The notes under the pieces: model-generated
Told to the model about the DNA's origin: nothing
Database searches by the model: none
What the model saw: only the letters and a program-made list of their open reading frames with translations
Shown: positions 50,267 through 62,255 of the stretch, piece by piece
How the letters are laid out: the number at the start of each line of letters is the position of its first letter
Numbering within the stretch: the stretch's first letter is position 1
Program-made: the position numbers and the translations under genes
Source of the DNA: Marsupella aquatica
Taxonomy: Eukaryota > Plantae > Marchantiophyta
Direction: 5' to 3'
Assembly: GCA_973895155.1 (NCBI GenBank)
Contig: OZ316892.1
Location: 17,226,357-17,290,356 of the forward strand
DNA: 64,000 bases

Positions 50267-51692
50267 TTCAAGTTACATTAAATTGACATTTCATACATGG
50301 GGGATACCTAAAACCCTATAGTCTACCAATAGAGTGAGATATCCAAGCATGAAGGACAAACGCTTCAAGACAATGTCAACACATCCCCTTTCAACTGCTC
50401 CTCACAGTTTGGTTTTCTGAGTCTAAATGTTTGAATCTAATGTGTAGCTAACTAAAATTATTATGAGATAAACATGAAAGACCCACTTTGTTTTTGAAAG
50501 GGATTCATAATCTTTTAGAAGCTCTTCAATGGTTTATTAACCAAATTTCATGTAGGAATGAAAGTAGGGCCAACAGTTGGTAAGGCAATGAGCAATGTAA
50601 AGAGGGCATGTACATGTACCAAGTTTCCCAAACCGGTTCCCAAAACTAATTTATTCTTGCTTACAGGGGATTCATGAAGATGAATCTTAAGTTTAAATTG
50701 GAATGATTATTTATTTTTCTTAAGATCAAAAATCTGTTTGAGCTGGAAACACTACAAGACATTATCTGGATACAATAGTATCCTAAACTTTTTGCCACCA
50801 TTTGGGGAAGGTTGCTTAAAGTTGGAGCAACCTTATGAGCCCTTTCATGACAAAGCCCTTGTCATGCTCATGGGGTTACAAATTCATGTATTTTTTATGA
50901 TATCACGTGAACTTATCCTAATAAAATACCCCTATTATATATAATAGAATACAATGTTCTATCCACATTACTCTTTTAAATTTTAAAAGACTCATTTCAC
51001 TTTATTAAAGGTATACATCAAAGAACATTCCCCTACTTTTGTGTTGTGATACCAATGTTTGGACCAAACTTGTTTTGTTTACTTTCATGTACAAAACTTT
51101 GGTCCAAACAATGTGAATATACATCAATACTTGCATGGCACCTACAACTTTTTTGTGGTTGACCCCTCGATCAAGCACTTACTCTCCTGACTATTGCTAA
51201 TTTATTCACTTGTAATCACACCAATTTTATTTGGCCCTATTTCTCAAATCTATTTTGCAACACCGCCATGCTTCTTAAAATGAACCAAGGAATTGTGTCC
51301 TTGTATCACCCTCCCAAGCTTGGTTGCTACTTTACACCGGGTGTTGAGCCAGGATTAATCAAAGACTTTGAAGCCTAAATTTCCTATTGTCAACATATAG
51401 TCCACCAGATCACATGTAAGTGAGAGAGCCCAATGGATGGTTCCTGTCAATTCACTTTTGTAACAAATTTTGACTATCCTATTGTGGCATTCAATTAGAG
51501 TCCAGTCAACCATGAATATGTGCAGGCTTCCTGGAAGACACAGACAGCCAGCACTTATCCACTGAATGCACTATGTTATAAGTGCATCGGATATCATTTA
51601 TACACTTTCCCTTGCATGCACTGTCTGCACCACCTGATAAATGATGGGACATTGCTTATGCACATCCCCATATAATTATTCTGTCAGGTCAC

Positions 51693-52568
51693 GAGAGATT
51701 TGCTTGGTCGGACCTCAAACTAAAACAGCCACTAAATCTAAAATGGCTTGATGGGACCCCAAATGTATGTTCGAATGGGTATGTTGTGAAAAAACCGGGT
51801 TGCCAGATTTCAGGCAAAGGACGCAGGTGAGAGGGGGGGGGGGGGGGGAAGTGAGGGTGGGGGAGAGGGTATGGACAACCTGTTCCCTCCCAATATTGAA
51901 CCTTCAACACTCATTGGGGCTCACAGGCAGGGAGACCAAGGTTCTCCCAAGAAAAAGTCAGGCCCCTTGGGACAGAATGAAAACACATTCGCTTACTCTG
52001 CGCAGGACACTCTCTGCATGGAGCGCTGCGCTGAGGTTGCAATTAGAGTGAAAAGGTTAAAGCTGGTCGAAGTTGATTTGTAAGGAGATAATTGCACGAC
52101 TCAATGTTGACACATTCGGGATATGGAAGCGCGGGGTGATCAAAGCTACGCTCCACGTGCAATTTAGAGCAATTTCAAATGCTTCAATTTGAGACATTTC
52201 AGTTTAGGGTGGGATGATCGAGCAACTGCACTCTGTCCAGTACTAGATGGAACAACTGCACTCTCTCCATTGAAACGGTTGCACCAGCAGAATTTTTTCG
52301 TAGGCATATTGTAGAGAACACGAAGCACAATCCGAGACTTCAACGGGCAATACAGGTCAAAAATAGGGAGCAAGTTGTCCTGACTCTCTTGCCCCACCCT
52401 CACTTCTCCCCCCTCTCACCCGCGTCCGCTGCCTGAAGTCCTGGGAACCCGGTTTTCTTAGAGCATACCAGTTTGAACATACATTTGGATCCCACTGAGC
52501 CATTTTAGACTTAGTGGGTCTGGTTGTGTAGGTTGTTTTTGTTTGAGGTCCCACCAAGCAAATCTCTC
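51693..52568. mobile_element. Non-autonomous Mutator-like element (876 bp) with ~210-bp TIRs
   Basis: Starts GAGAGATTTGCTTGG and ends CCAAGCAAATCTCTC, with long imperfect TIRs (about 51693-51903 and 52354-52568). Flanks GTCAGGTCAC and ATCAGGTCAC form a 10-bp TSD with 1 mismatch. Confidence 0.88.
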
Positions 52569-53639
52569 ATCAGGTCACACACTACTCCTCATAGCCTGAG
52601 CCATCATAATGCATTATTTAACTAGGTAAGTGCACAAAAGTAATTTCTTTAATTGCACTGATCAATAAATGCTTCTTATGTATGCATCGTATTAACTTAT
52701 AAATGGAAATGAACTCAGGTATCTGTCATTTAGTGCAGGTAGTTGTTTTATAGTGAGGGCCTATCTGCACTTATGCTAACTGCATTTTTTGGGACTGCAT
52801 TTAGAAACTTTAGAAATGACATCAGTGTAATATTAGGGGACTACATGGCCATTTAGCACTTATACAAGCTGCACTTGTGCACAGTTGAGGTAGTTGCTGC
52901 CACCCTTATTTCCAACCCACACCAGTTTACCTTGCAACAGACAAACAATATGTGGTCAGGAGGAATAGTTCCCCCATCACTTCAAGCCTGTTGGAACGGG
53001 GTGAAACCCACAACAACTACACATTGTAATCATCAAATTGAACCAGAGCAGTTGCTGCCTTGCCACCCTTGTTTTTCAGATTGGGCTCTTGCAGCAGTTG
53101 CAAAAGACAAGCACTTTTACCACATTCAAGATTATATTGACCTTAAATGAAGTGACCATTGTTACATCACACTAATCACATTAGAAGAATTGACACAAGA
53201 ATAACCACCCCATGAAGGCTATTTGTTTATTAACATTTCCGCCTCCCCAACAAACAGTTTTAGGTCTGCATTCTGACCAAGTCATTCTCTGCAAATGCAA
53301 AGAAATAAATTGTCTCGACGATTTGAACCCAGTGGTAAGTTTGATCGTCTCTTGCTGTGTTGGAATTGGAGTTTACATCTTGTAAGTTTTTAGTTGGTGT
53401 CTCAAACAGACTACTATTTTACTGGGTCGTAACCTCCAATACACCAGGAGAAGGTGGCAGCACAACTAGGTCAGCACCAACCACAAAACAAACCTGGAGG
53501 CATCAAAACTTAAAGGTTATAAGTTTTGACCCTTTCATTTTTTAATAGGGGGAAACTTAAAGCTGGCTGTGCAATTCTAAATCCCTAGGTTCTATGGTTA
53601 TTAAAATTTTATAATATAGCTTCTACCAACTGCTGCACC

Positions 53640-53762
53640 AAGCCCGTGTGGAGTGTACAACAAGATTTGAACCTGAGACCCAACTAAGCAAAATTTGGTT
53701 CTACTAGAGCAATAGACTATAGAGCCTTTTTTGTCACTCTCTTGGAGTTTGTCCCCTCCTCC
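53640..53762 (-). mobile_element. Possible tRNA-derived SINE fragment
   Basis: B-box-like GGTTCAAATC on the minus strand. The atagacta..gagccttttgtc..gtttgtcccctcc block is repeated near 54125-54173. Confidence 0.25.
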
Positions 53763-55065
53763 TAGAACGTAATAAAATTCATAAATTGATTTTCATTAAA
53801 ATTTTGAGTTAAAATTTATTCAAGTTGCCTCTATTACTTTTTTTCTTTATAGGAAGGAAAAATTAAAAATTAAAAAATTTTGAATTTATTTTCAATTCAA
53901 GTAAAAAAGAAACAGACACACTCTAGTTCATAATCACAGTCTACCATTCATGACCAACTCAGTAGAGTGAAATCATGGGCGATTATTTCTGTAGTAACTG
54001 AAATCTTTAAAATTTAGATTGTGCTTGTGAGTAAAGAAAGGCATCTGAAATCTGTGGGGCGGGTAGGGGAGCCCTTCTTGCAATCACTCAGGTATTTGGG
54101 CAACAATTTGGTGCATTAACCAGTGAGATAGACTACCGAGCCTTTTGTCCCCACCTTGAAGTTTACTCCCTCCAGTGAGGGAGTAAAATGTTTAGTTTAA
54201 GGGAAAGATAACAAATTTATTTATTTTCCATATATTTGGGACAGAGGAGCAATCAAGAACTATAATACAAGGTTGCGCCTTTTTATGCAGTGGTCGTCAT
54301 TTGAATTTGAAGGGCACAAAAATCAAAGAATCTGACAAACAGAAGGAATAAACCAAAATTGAATAATGTTTAGTGTGAAGTAAAGAGTGCACGTTTTCCA
54401 ATCAAGAAATAAGGGGGAATGCCAGGAATACCAATGCACAATAATCAAGTACTTTCTGGACATATAAGTATAGTACTATCAATGCATAGGAAACCATCCA
54501 TGCATAGACATAGTACTTTCCATACCTAGACATTCATATCAAGTACTCCCATGATAATCTATGTCAATTACAAATTAACTCCTATAATACACACTTGCGC
54601 CACTTTTTGAAGTGATCTCTCATTCAAAATTTACATTTCCAAGCCAAGTGAAAGAAATCAAATATGCAAAGCAAAGCTAAGAGAACAAATAAAAATAAAC
54701 CCACAGCAAAATATGAAGGGAACAGAATACTTCTTGATATTCCTCATCACTTTAGCAGGTAAAGTACTTCCTTTTGATGCCATCATAGTATTCAAAAATA
54801 CACTCTTTTATCTAATCCCTCCCAGGCCATTGTCTTATTTGTATTGACCCTACCTCAATGTACACCTGATGTGCATGCAATGCAAGGAAAGTGTATACAC
54901 CCATTCACCTTGGTACTCATATGAATGAAATCATTTTATAAAAACAAATGTACTTGGCACAAATGTACTTGGATGAGATAACAAGGAGTTGGAGGCCAAA
55001 CCACTCTTGGCTGGGGTGAAGGGTTTTGGGACACATATATAAAGGGACAACCACATTTGACAACA

Positions 55066-55750
55066 TCAAAAACTATAATAAGGTGTTGTGCCTTTTTTTT
55101 GCCATGGTTGTCATTTGAATTTACAGGGCCAATTTGGGTGTAGGAAATTCAGTATGGAAAAAAACCAAAGCAATAGAGACCAAAAATGGCCCTCACACCA
55201 GCTCCTGAGGTCAACTTCCATCTGATTGCGGCGACAGCACCGAGCGGAGGCAAGTAAAATGTTGTGCGGCCAGCCTCTACTATGAGTGGGGCGACCACCC
55301 TACCGCCTTGCTCCGCACGCCGACCGTAGACTGCCGCATTCTTGCGGTCAACCTCCCACCACCCTCCTTCCCCAACCCGATTACCCGGGATGGCCCTGCC
55401 TCGCCCCACTCTCCCCCTCTTCCCTTCTCCCCTGCCCAACTCTTTTTAACGACATATTTTTACTTGACATCCTCTTAACGATATCTGTCACATAACAACT
55501 TCTTTGGTGACACAACTTCTTTGTTTTAATGACCTCTTCTTACTTGATGACATCGTTTACATAAAGACTTCTTTGGCGACACAACTTCTTTTTTTAATGA
55601 CATTTTTTACATAACAACATCATTGGCAACACGACCCTGGACACGACCTCTATTTTCTTAACGACATCTTGGGCCGACACGACATCTTTTGTCTTAAGGA
55701 CATCTTGGCCGACACAACATCTTTTGTGCAACGCACGAGTATTGAGCTAG
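55066..55750 (+). mobile_element. Non-autonomous Helitron (685 bp); a second related 5' end lies at 54253
   Basis: 5' end A|TCAAAAACTATAATA, 3' hairpin gtgcaacgcac followed by gagtattgagCTAG|T, inserted between A and T with no TSD. Internal gac(a)tctt/acaacttctt repeats are present. Confidence 0.78.
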
Positions 55751-56569
55751 TCTGAAATAAAGAAATGGGGTTGGAGCGGTAACTCATACAGGGATATTTT
55801 TGAGAAAGAGGTCGGTGGACGTTTGAAAGATACTTACGAGGAAGATATGGGAATTCCAGAGGTTTTGGACCACACAGTGTTACAGTCAGTTGAGACAGTA
55901 ACAACGCGATACACTGTACGTTACTGTACGTACAGTGCATGATAGCACCAAACACTTTGTGTTCTCTATAATCCTATAGGGGAATCTGGCATCGAAGATT
56001 TTATTTTGCGCTGTTGTTGTTGTGAACAAAAAGAAACCATCAGTAGATGAAGCACCACATTTTGACATGCCAGTGGGATAAATTATAATAGCTCGGATGG
56101 ATCAATTTAAGAGGAAATTTTTAACTCCTGTAGTGTCTTTCTTTAGTGTAGAGGATGATGGTTACTAGTTTCAAGGTCTATCTGGAGTTGCATTGTGACA
56201 CGTTCTGGTCTGGTTCATCCTAGCATCATTTTTGTGGAACTAAAATGCTTCACTTGTAGAGCAGTAGTACGGTGAACTCAAATACAGTACAACAAAAAAG
56301 CGAAAACCCTGAGTCGTCGTTGTTTGTTGGACCTAACAAGCCTGGGTCGAAGATAACTTTTAGCAAAAACTAGGATACACCATTATATGGGTAGTCCATT
56401 TTCAAGGTTAATTTGAGTTCACATAGTATGATTTTTTTGCTTATTTGATGACGTTTTTGAGTTTCAAACTCTCCTAGGTTTATCTGAGCTGCATTGTTAC
56501 ACATTGTGGTTCATCTTAACTTTTGCTTTGAACAAAATGCTTCACTAGTGTAAATGAGGATCTACAGAC

Positions 56570-57720
56570 ATTTGCCAAAATGCTCCCATAGAACCACTGC
56601 CCTTAATGTCCATCTCGTTTACAATACAAAACTCAGCATGGGAGCATTTTGGCAAAGGTAGAACTCTATCTTGGTTTCATTTCCAGAGTATTTCAAGGGC
56701 TAGGTGATGATTTCCATTCCTTGTTTGTCTTTTTATCTTGGGGGTGCGGTTTGCTTGGACCTGCCATTCTGCTGGGAGATACGGCATATGACAGCTTCAA
56801 AATAATTCAAACATAAGAACTCAAACAGGATAAAAACATACAGGGTGAAAAATAAATGATTTTTTTATGTTGGTGCACTTTGTTTTGATATATATCAACC
56901 TATAGATGCATAGACTAAATGTAAAACTATAGAAGAATATGTACTTTGTCATTGATGACTCTTCTATGCGCAAAATATTCTACTATTTTTGCCCTATGCA
57001 AAGAAAGTCCTCTACAATGGAAATCACACAGCTCAATGCAAACGTAGTGTCATTAAGCACTAAGGTATTGGGCTTACAATACAAAATCCATGAGAGCATT
57101 TTGGCAAACCTAGAAGTCAATCCTGGCTTCATGTTCCTCATAGGGAAGAAGATTTTAAGAGCTGCCTCATGATTTTCGTTAGTCACTTGTCTTTTTGTCT
57201 CATGGCCTTGGTTAGCTCAAAGCTAGTGGACCCACACTAAAAAATTTATGTGAGAGCATTTTGGCCAATCTAGAAGTCCTTCTAAGTTGGCTTCTTTTTC
57301 CTCGGGCTTACAATACAAAAGTAAGTAGGAGCATTGGCTTCATGGCCCTAATAGGAAAGTTTTCAAGAGCGGCATCATGATTTCCATTCATTATTTGTCT
57401 TTTAATCTCATGGGCTCGGTTTGCTTGGAGCTAGTGGGCTCCCAATAAAAGAAGTCCATCTTGGCTTCATTTCCTTCAGCCATACAATACAAAAATACAT
57501 AGGAGCATTTCCCTCAGGCTTACAATACAAAATACATAGGAGCACTGGCTTCATGTCCCTTACCCCTAGAATATTTCGAGAGAGGCCTCATGATTCTCAT
57601 TCCTTACTTGTCCTTTCATCTCATGGCCTCAATTTGCTTGGAGCTACTGTAGTGGGCTCCCAATAAAACAATTCCATGGGAGCATTTTGGCCAACCTAGA
57701 TGTCCAGAAAATGATACTCC
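56570..57720. repeat. Degenerate ~180-240 bp tandem array (about 4 copies) with a further copy at 59055-59260
   Basis: Recurring ggcttacaatacaaaa..ggagcatt..ggcttcat..caagag..catgatt.ccattc.tt..ttgtcttt..ggtttgcttggagcta. It starts with a 19-bp inverted pair tttgccaaaatgctcccat / atgggagcattttggcaaa. Confidence 0.75.
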
Positions 57721-60515
57721 CATGGACCACAAGGTTGGTCTTTGAAATCCCATGGAACACATTTCCCAGAATTTGAATTTAATTATAATAATTTGGTGTT
57801 CATAAGTGCAAATATTTTTTAGTTTTGAGTATGTGCTAGAAGAGTAGGTAAGCTACACTTCTCTCTTGTGAAGTCATGGTTTATGTTTTGACAACACTTC
57901 TTTCTAACAAAGTCATGCTTGCTTTGTAACACTATTGCAAAACCTAGTGCTTTGGTTAAGGGTCATGATCAATACTTATGTCAAATACTTTTTCTCTATT
58001 GCCACCCTATGTTGCATTATATTCAACTTAGCAAATAAGGTTGTGGACTCTTGAGTGCATATTGTTATGTATGTATTTGTGGGTGCTTTATATCTTATAT
58101 GGTGTGCATCGGTGGGAGTCGTGTACGGATGTGTGTCTGCACGATACATGGAACCGTGGTTTATATTTTGGCCCTAGGCCCTCAGTCTTAATTAATATGC
58201 AGAGCATGTGCAAACGCCCAAAGAATCATTTTTAATCATTTTGAACTAATAATTATAATTATTTTTGATAACAAGAGACTTTTTTAAGTAAATAGGAAAA
58301 GGTCACGATTGCAAGGGGGTCCACTTCTTTACACGAAATGAGGGCCCAAGGTGTTTTGGTAACACTTATTTTCAATGGAGTTATGTCTATTTAGTAATAG
58401 AGTCTAAATGTTCAGGCAAAGTCTACTGTTTTGGATAAGAGTCATGATTAATGTTAGAGTCTTGGTTTATGTTCTGGCAAACTTGGGTCTGAGCAGGCCG
58501 CAGCATCAAGGACTTGGGCAGAGTTGTGACAGCAAGTGAAGGGTGCCAGAACATAAACCAGAAATCGATGACACAAAGTTGATTGGGCTGGAGCGGGTGA
58601 CAAAATGCGAGAGCCTTGTTTTATGTTTTGACAAACTTGGATTGGAGCGAGCGGCAACATCAGGGGTTGGGTCAGGTAGGGTACAGGGTGCCAGGAAAAT
58701 GGGGGAGCATTAACGCGTTGTATATTTAATGCGGGATTCAAAGTGACACTGAATTTTTTTTGTCATTTTGGTCAAGTCATTTATCATAGAATGCCAAGAG
58801 GTCAATTTTATTAGATTAGTTCTGTTGTAATAATATGAAATATTCCTTGGAAGTAATAATATGAAATATTAATGCTTGTGTTTTTTTTTATGTCTTGCAA
58901 GTGAAAAACTACAGATTATTTTAGGACTAATAATCAAGTTATAAGTCTAAAACTCATATGGACAACCAAAATGTGGTCCACTGGAAATTATATTAAGACC
59001 ATAATCAGCAAGTTATAAGCACAAAACTCACATTGGACCACTAAAACGTTGAGTTCACATGTTTATCTTGGCTTCATTTCCCTCAGGCTTACCATTCGAA
59101 AATACATATATATATAGGAGCATTTCTCTCAGGCTTACCATGCAAAAAACATAGGAGCACTGGCCCATGTCCCTCACAGGGAAGAAGATTTCAAGAGCGG
59201 CGAGAGATGATCTCCAATCCTCGTTTGTCTTTTTTATCGTGTGGGCTCGGTTCGCTTGAAGCTCGCGCCGAATCGAGCTCAGCAACTTTCTCTCCAACTG
59301 GCCAGCCCAGCGAAATTCACCATCGCCTCCTCGTCCTCGGCAACTCGTTCAGGCAACTGGCCTGGCCGGCCCAGTTGCGCGACATCAGCGTCTCCTCCTC
59401 GTCCTCACAATGCAACTCAGAGCTGGAGTGGAATGGTAGCAGTGCTGTCCTGTAGCATAAGTTATTAGAACTACAGGAGCCCTGGCGGTGATGATGAATC
59501 TGGGTCCGGGAGAAGGGGACCCTCCTCGGCTTACAACCTGATTCATGTCGTGAGGAGTCAACTCGGCGTCGCAGACGGCGGAGAAGTGCATCGAATGCGA
59601 GCTGTCTGTCGATCGAGCAAAGCGGGACTGTGAGGAAGGGAGCTTCTTCTCGAGCGAGAGAGACAAAGAGAAAGAGAGCAAGAGAGAGGAAGTTGAGAAG
59701 GACGTGAGGGGAATCTGCTGGGATTGCGTGTCTAGCCACGACCGTGAGACGTAGCTGACGAGACTAGACGAGCGTGGGAGATCGACAATGCAGTGAGAGC
59801 AATGATGGGTGGATGTGGAGGATTTCGAATGTGGTAGCTAGCCATGGCCGGAGTGGTGCCTCGGCAGCCTCGGTGAGTAGACGGAGGAGGGTGTTTTCTG
59901 CGAGGCTAGAAGTCGAGGTGGTTAGATCATGACGGCGGCGAGTGTTGCCGGTTGTGGAGACAACTTGTGGGCGGATTTAGTTGATGTTGAATGTTGAGCA
60001 AGGTTTGCGGGATTGTTGTGGAGGAGTATCTTTATAGATGTTGTGTGAGGAGGGAGGATTGCAATTAGATGAGGTCTTTGTTTGCCCTCGTCTGACATAC
60101 TTTCTGGTCTCTCTGTTCTGTCCCCTTAGTTTTGGTCACTTGTGATCGCAGCTCAAGAAATGCTTTTGTGCTGAATCCCTTCTACATTCCCTCAACTTGG
60201 AGATGTCAGCCAAGGTTCGTTTTGTAGCGTAGATTTATAGTCCAACCCTAGGACCTGTTTCCGGAATGGACTTTTCTCACGCTTGTACGAGGAAGGTGGG
60301 TAGGGCGGGAACTCGTGAAGCATTCCAGCCACCTTCCGTCTTACCTTAATTGGGGAGGGGCACTACCGGTCCTTCCAAAGACAGGAAGCGAATCCGCTTA
60401 TCAATGGTGAGCTCGAGGAGCCTTGTGAAAGGTATACTTCGCTAGCCAGAACACGATTCTCGTCTACGATTTTTGCACTGGGAGTTATTCAGTTCCTTTC
60501 CGTGGCTTTGTCTCT

Positions 60516-62255
60516 ATGGGGTGCGCTCATGGAAAGGGTGTACATACTCGTTCTCCAACAGTCATCGCCGATGAACATCATCCCCCAAGTATTGACAAGA
60601 AGACTGCTGGTTCACCGAAGATAGAAAAGGAATCTAGAAAAGCAGCTTCACCGATACCTCTCGAGGGGAGGAATGAGAAAGGTGTCGCAGATGTCGATGA
60701 CACGTATCGACCAAGTCCTTTATCACGACCACTGTCTGGAGTATCGGTAGGTCCGCAGTCCCCTTACTCCCCCGGTATGGATTTGGGAGACCTTCCTCGA
60801 ATCTCGAAGGTGTCGAGCACTTTCATGCCAACTAGTGGATCTAAAGTCGTGAGCGTGCCAAATGAGAAGTACGAGATGCGGTACTCTTTCTTGACACAAA
60901 GAGGATACTATCCAGAAGCCTTGGACAAGGCGAATCAAGATAGCTTTTGTGTCCATACGCCTTTTGGAAACGACCCGAGCGATCACTTTTTCGGGGTATT
61001 CGATGGTCACGGGGAGTTTGGGACTCACTGCTCTCAGTTTGCTAGGAAACAGCTCTGCGACAATTTGCTTCGAAACCGTCATTTCAAGACGAATGCTCTT
61101 AAAGCATACCACCAAGCTTTCATAGGCACCAATCTGCAACTACATCGGCACCATATTGATGACTCAATGAGTGGCACGACTGGAATCACCGTTCTCGTAC
61201 GAGGCAGAACTCTCTACGTTGCAAATGTGGGAGATTCCAGGGCTGTTCTTGCTGAAAGGAAGGGAAAGAAGATCTATGCAGTTGATTTGTCCAATGATCA
61301 GACGCCCTTTCGCGCTGATGAGTGTGCTCGTGTAAGGTTGTGTGGCGCCAGGGTTCTGTCTCTAGATCAACTGGAAGGCTTGAAAAATCCAGACGTGCAG
61401 TGCTGGGGAGGAGAGGAGGACGATGACGGAGATCCCCCGCGCCTGTGGGTGCAAAATGGGATGTATCCAGGTACGGCCTTCACAAGAAGTTTAGGCGACA
61501 CTGTCGCAGAGCAGATAGGTGTGATTGCCGTACCCGAAGTACTGATAATGGAGCTTACACTCCGGAATCCCTTCTTCGTCATCGCCAGCGACGGAGTCTT
61601 CGAATTTCTTTCCAGCCAGGCCGTCGTAGACATGGTGGTGAAGTATAAAGATCCTCAGGAAGCTTGCGCAGCAATTGTGGCGGAGTCCTATCGCCTGTGG
61701 TTGCAGAATGAAACGCGCACTGATGACATTACCGTCATTGTTGTATTCATTGAGAATTTGGAGGACGAAGCTTTCAGCCTTGACAGGGTAGACGAAGATG
61801 ATTCTGGTGCTGAGGAACTAGGGGAGAGCAAGAGGCGATATCCAAGCAAGGGTAGTCTGCTTGACATGAGGGATAGGAAACCGGTGGATATCCTTTCCCT
61901 CCAAACTCCAAACCTAGCTTCGGTGAAGGGCTTACCTGTAGACACATTACTGTTAGGGGAACCTTTGAATGGAGTTGACGAAGGAATTTCTCCAATGCAT
62001 TCTAGGGCATTGGACAAAGTGGACCCGAGTCACCTTTTACTGGATGGCAAAGAAGATTTGAGGGGCACTAGGAAGCAGTTTCTCAATGATCTTAATGGTT
62101 CTCCACATAGGGAAGAAGGGTCCGGCGACTTATCGCCCTTATGTCTGAACTCTGAGTCGACTGCGGACTCCAAACGGGAATTCGCAAGTAGAGCAGATCC
62201 GCCATCATCGAAATCACAAGCCATCGCAGGCAACGGGGAAAAGCGGAGCGTCTGA
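60516..62255 (+). CDS. Protein phosphatase 2C (PPM), single coding exon, 579 aa, N-terminal MGC acylation motif
   Basis: QRGYYPEALDKANQDSF, HFFGVFDGHG, SGTT, ANVGDSRAVL, PPRLWVQNGMYPGTAFTRSLGD, IASDGVFEF and DDITVIVV, in an uninterrupted 1740-nt ORF. Confidence 0.96.
   Translation: MGCAHGKGVHTRSPTVIADEHHPPSIDKKTAGSPKIEKESRKAASPIPLEGRNEKGVADVDDTYRPSPLSRPLSGVSVGPQSPYSPGMDLGDLPRISKVSSTFMPTSGSKVVSVPNEKYEMRYSFLTQRGYYPEALDKANQDSFCVHTPFGNDPSDHFFGVFDGHGEFGTHCSQFARKQLCDNLLRNRHFKTNALKAYHQAFIGTNLQLHRHHIDDSMSGTTGITVLVRGRTLYVANVGDSRAVLAERKGKKIYAVDLSNDQTPFRADECARVRLCGARVLSLDQLEGLKNPDVQCWGGEEDDDGDPPRLWVQNGMYPGTAFTRSLGDTVAEQIGVIAVPEVLIMELTLRNPFFVIASDGVFEFLSSQAVVDMVVKYKDPQEACAAIVAESYRLWLQNETRTDDITVIVVFIENLEDEAFSLDRVDEDDSGAEELGESKRRYPSKGSLLDMRDRKPVDILSLQTPNLASVKGLPVDTLLLGEPLNGVDEGISPMHSRALDKVDPSHLLLDGKEDLRGTRKQFLNDLNGSPHREEGSGDLSPLCLNSESTADSKREFASRADPPSSKSQAIAGNGEKRSV

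Noticed and set aside
59207-59739. Overlapping GC-rich ORFs upstream of the PP2C
   Set aside because: No protein family is recognisable. The region is more simply read as promoter and leader sequence with a local duplication.
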